Assembly (NCBI GenBank): GCA_900761995.1 | Contig: CAAFEY010000184.1 | Location: forward strand, 458 to 64,457 | DNA from: an uncultured Collinsella sp. | Lineage (GTDB): Bacteria; Actinomycetota; Coriobacteriia; Coriobacteriales; Coriobacteriaceae | Length of the DNA: 64,000 nt | Reading direction: 5' to 3' | Shown here: positions 61,162 to 64,000 of the stretch, piece by piece | How positions within the stretch are numbered: the first letter of the stretch is position 1 | Layout of the letters: every line of letters starts with the position of its first letter | Position numbers and translations under genes: made by a program | The notes under the pieces: generated by a model | What the model was told of the DNA's origin: nothing | Databases searched by the model: none | Seen by the model: only the letters and a program-made list of their open reading frames with translations

Positions 61162-62634
61162 TTACTTGGCCTGCTTATCGAGCGTGGGCTTCATGGCAAT
61201 CAGGATTGCAGCGGCGACCACGGAGCCAATCACGATGTCCAGGCAGAACAGCGCGACGTTGTTGGTGGCAAGGGCGACGATAAAGCCACCGTGTGGGACG
61301 TAGCAGTCGATACTCTGGAAGGCGGCGAGTGCCGCACCCACGGCAGAGCCGATGCAGATGCCGGGCAGGGTGTGGCCAAGGTCCTTGACCGCGAAGGGGA
61401 TAGCGCCCTCGGTGATGCCGATGCAGCCCATGAACAGTGCGGAGATACCCATCTGGCGATCGGCGTCATCGAACTTGTTCTTGGCAATGAGCGCTGCAAG
61501 ACCGCAGGCAATCGGGGGAATGGCGACGGCGACGCGGAACATACCGTTAGGGCCGTAGATGCCGGAGGCCATGATGGCCATAGTAAAGGTCGAAGCGGTC
61601 TTGTTGATGGGGCCACCCATATCGAAGGCGGTCATAACACCAATGACCAGGCCCAGGACGACGGCGGAGCCGCCCTGCAGGCTACCGAGCACGCTGGTGA
61701 GCCAATCCATCACAAAGCCAAGCGGCGTGGCCAGGATGTAGATGTAGGCCATGCCCAGGACGAGCGAGGTCAGAATCGGGATGATCAGGATCGGCATGAT
61801 GGTCTGGATGGTGTTGTTGACCTTCCAGGTCTTCATCCAGCGGACAAAGTAACCGCAGATGACAGCCATGATCATGGCGCCCAAGAAGCCAGTCGAAACG
61901 CTGTTGCCGCTCGGGGTGACGACGGCGTTGTTGACCAAGTAGCCCAGGACAAAACCGGGGGCGAGCGCGGGCTTGCCGGCCATCGAGTAGGCGATGTATG
62001 CCGCAAGCACCGGAATCATCATGGAAATACCGGCCATGCCGATGGTATTAAGGCTCACCATCAACGGGTTGGTGACCTCCATACCGCTAGCACCAGCAGT
62101 ACCGGATGCCAACGAGAAGGCGAGGAACACGCCACCGATAACGACAATGGGGATAAAATAGGAAACGCCGGTATTGAATGCATTGAGCAGCGTCTTGCCA
62201 GGATCGGCAAAGATAGACTGCTTGGACGCCGGTGTCGGGGCCTGCGGGGCAGCGGAGACGGCCTTCTTCTCTGCCTTGGCCTCGGCCTTGGGCGCGTCAA
62301 CGGCGCCACCCGTCGCCTTGATAATCTCAACAGCCTGGTCGATGATCTTGACCGGATCGGCGATCACGTCGGAAGTACCGACCTTGAGGAACTTGCCCTC
62401 GGCCATCTTCTGCTCAAAACGGTCCTCGTTCTCGACACCCACGTCGACGGACTCCAGGACTAGGTCGGCGGAGTCCACGTCTTCCTGCGTGAGCTCATTC
62501 TCGATACCCAGGCCACCCTGAGCCTCGACCTTGCACTCGATGCCACGGGCGGCGCATTCATCCTGAATCGCCTTCTGGGCCATATACGTGTGGGCGATAC
62601 CCACGGTACAGGCGGCAACGCCTACGATCTTCAT
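61162..62634 (-). CDS. PTS fructose-family EIIBC component
   Basis: ACTVGIAHTYMA (EIIB Cys), GFLGA, DMGGPINK and GITEGAIPFA. Confidence 0.93.
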   Translation of the reverse strand: MKIVGVAACTVGIAHTYMAQKAIQDECAARGIECKVEAQGGLGIENELTQEDVDSADLVLESVDVGVENEDRFEQKMAEGKFLKVGTSDVIADPVKIIDQAVEIIKATGGAVDAPKAEAKAEKKAVSAAPQAPTPASKQSIFADPGKTLLNAFNTGVSYFIPIVVIGGVFLAFSLASGTAGASGMEVTNPLMVSLNTIGMAGISMMIPVLAAYIAYSMAGKPALAPGFVLGYLVNNAVVTPSGNSVSTGFLGAMIMAVICGYFVRWMKTWKVNNTIQTIMPILIIPILTSLVLGMAYIYILATPLGFVMDWLTSVLGSLQGGSAVVLGLVIGVMTAFDMGGPINKTASTFTMAIMASGIYGPNGMFRVAVAIPPIACGLAALIAKNKFDDADRQMGISALFMGCIGITEGAIPFAVKDLGHTLPGICIGSAVGAALAAFQSIDCYVPHGGFIVALATNNVALFCLDIVIGSVVAAAILIAMKPTLDKQAK

Positions 62635-63049
62635 TGCTTCCCTCTTTTCATAGAGTTGCGTGCGCAAGACACCGTTTGCGGAGGCCTCCGGAGCATCCCC
62701 TGCCGTTTGGACTTGCTGTCTTTTCGACAAGACCAATATAGGTGCTCGTTTTTCTTAATGCCAGCTTATTTCGGTAAACGCGCAGGTCAGAGCGTTGGTT
62801 ATGCGATTTAGTTATGCGTTTAACCAAAAATGAATCCTGCGATTTTACCCTCGATTTCAAAAGTCAAGAAGTATTTGATTTTCTCGGTAGACGGCAGATA
62901 CGCATGCCGGTCACAAATTTCGACCCCACCCGTATACCGCATTTGTTGCATACTCATATGAAAGGAAAAGGTCGCTCACCGAAGCGCATCCCTCACCAAG
63001 ACTCAAAGTCATCATGTTGGAAAATGCTCATCTGTCGGAAGGAGTCGCT

Positions 63050-64000
63050 GTGGCAAAACAGCGCGTTACGATTGCAGACGTCGCTCGAGAGGCGGGAACC
63101 TCGACGGCAAGCGTCTCGTATTACCTCAACGACAAACGAGAAAAGCTTAGCGAGAAGACGCAGACAAAGATTGCGCGCGTCATCAAGGAACTCGGATACG
63201 TTCCCAACGCCCAAGCGCAAACGCTCACCGGCAAGCAGACCCACGTCATCGCCATCATCATTTTGGATAACACCAACAAATGGGCGGGGCTCGTTCTCAA
63301 TGGCATGGAGCAGGTCATGCTCCCCGCGGGCTACCAGACGGTCGTTTGCACGAGCAACTTTAACCCCGAGACCGAGCTCATGTACGTCGACAAGATGCTC
63401 TCGCTGGGCGTCGATGGCTTTATTATCCAGCCCACGGCAAACTTCAAAGCCGTGCACGACCGCATTAGACGCGCCGGCAAGCCGGTCGTCTTTTTCGATG
63501 CGGCCATCTATAGCCCAGGTACCAGCTGGATCAAAACCAACCTTTACGACGGCGTGTACAACGCCACGCAGGCACTCCTCGACGGCGGCTACGAAGATTT
63601 CTTTTCCATTGCCGCCAACATGACCGAGATGCGCACCCGCATGGAGCGTTTTCAGGGGTATGCCGAGGCGCTGGCAGCGAACGGACAGCTCTACAAAGCC
63701 ATCCCCATCGATCACAACAAGCCGTCAATCAACGAGCTCACCGAATACTTTAAATACAAGTTCAACCCCGCCAAGCGCACACTCATCTTCGTACAAAACC
63801 AATGGGCACTTCCCCGTGTCTACAAGGCCCTCCAGCCCATGGCCCATCTACTTCCGCAGCAAATAGGTCTTTTGGGACTCAACTGCGAAGACTGGACCAA
63901 CCTCACCACGCCGACCGTCTCCACCATCATCGAGCCCGTCGACCAGGAAGGTCGCGAAGCAGCCGAGATGCTGCTCGCCCTACTTGACGGCAGCAGCCAA
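63050..64000 (+). CDS. LacI-family regulator (3' end outside the window; absent from the ORF track)
   Basis: GTG start after AAGGAG: VAKQRVTIADVAREAGTSTASVSYYLNDK...LGYVPN. The frame is open to the window end. Confidence 0.9.
   Translation, partial: MAKQRVTIADVAREAGTSTASVSYYLNDKREKLSEKTQTKIARVIKELGYVPNAQAQTLTGKQTHVIAIIILDNTNKWAGLVLNGMEQVMLPAGYQTVVCTSNFNPETELMYVDKMLSLGVDGFIIQPTANFKAVHDRIRRAGKPVVFFDAAIYSPGTSWIKTNLYDGVYNATQALLDGGYEDFFSIAANMTEMRTRMERFQGYAEALAANGQLYKAIPIDHNKPSINELTEYFKYKFNPAKRTLIFVQNQWALPRVYKALQPMAHLLPQQIGLLGLNCEDWTNLTTPTVSTIIEPVDQEGREAAEMLLALLDGSSQ

Noticed and set aside
59614..62463. 949-aa plus-strand ORF and similar antisense ORFs (e.g. 15262-17517, 43143-45104, 51059-53245)
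   Set aside because: They overlap well-supported minus-strand genes on the opposite strand and show no domain signatures.
62814..63715. ORFs 62814-63623 (+) and 62993-63715 (-)
   Set aside because: They are off-frame or antisense to the real LacI gene starting at 63050.

Overview
High-GC bacterial chromosomal window. Gene content and protein style suggest a gut Coriobacteriia member such as Collinsella (inference, not database-checked). It is mostly housekeeping and transport genes: partial rlmKL, kup with kdpD/kdpE, two nitroreductases, an LtaS-type sulfatase, two heterodimeric ABC exporters, a tadA-glycerate kinase fusion next to tRNA-Ser(TGA), lemA, ilvE, dedA, cysE, glmS, a larE-like gene, and a LacI-linked fructose-family PTS / GatZ-like / transaldolase / split-transketolase operon. 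An accessory surface-protein region spans about 9.5-34.3 kb. It holds a 1374-aa FN3/Ig sortase-anchored protein bracketed by inverted composite repeats with compensatory stem changes, a tandem pair of coiled-coil sortase-anchored paralogues with conserved ends and divergent cores, and a 3981-aa pilin-repeat adhesin with a G9 tract in a candidate promoter spacer. Intergenic DNA is rich in several families of dispersed hairpin repeats. I found no CRISPR array, integrase, transposase or reverse transcriptase. All calls come from reading motifs by eye.
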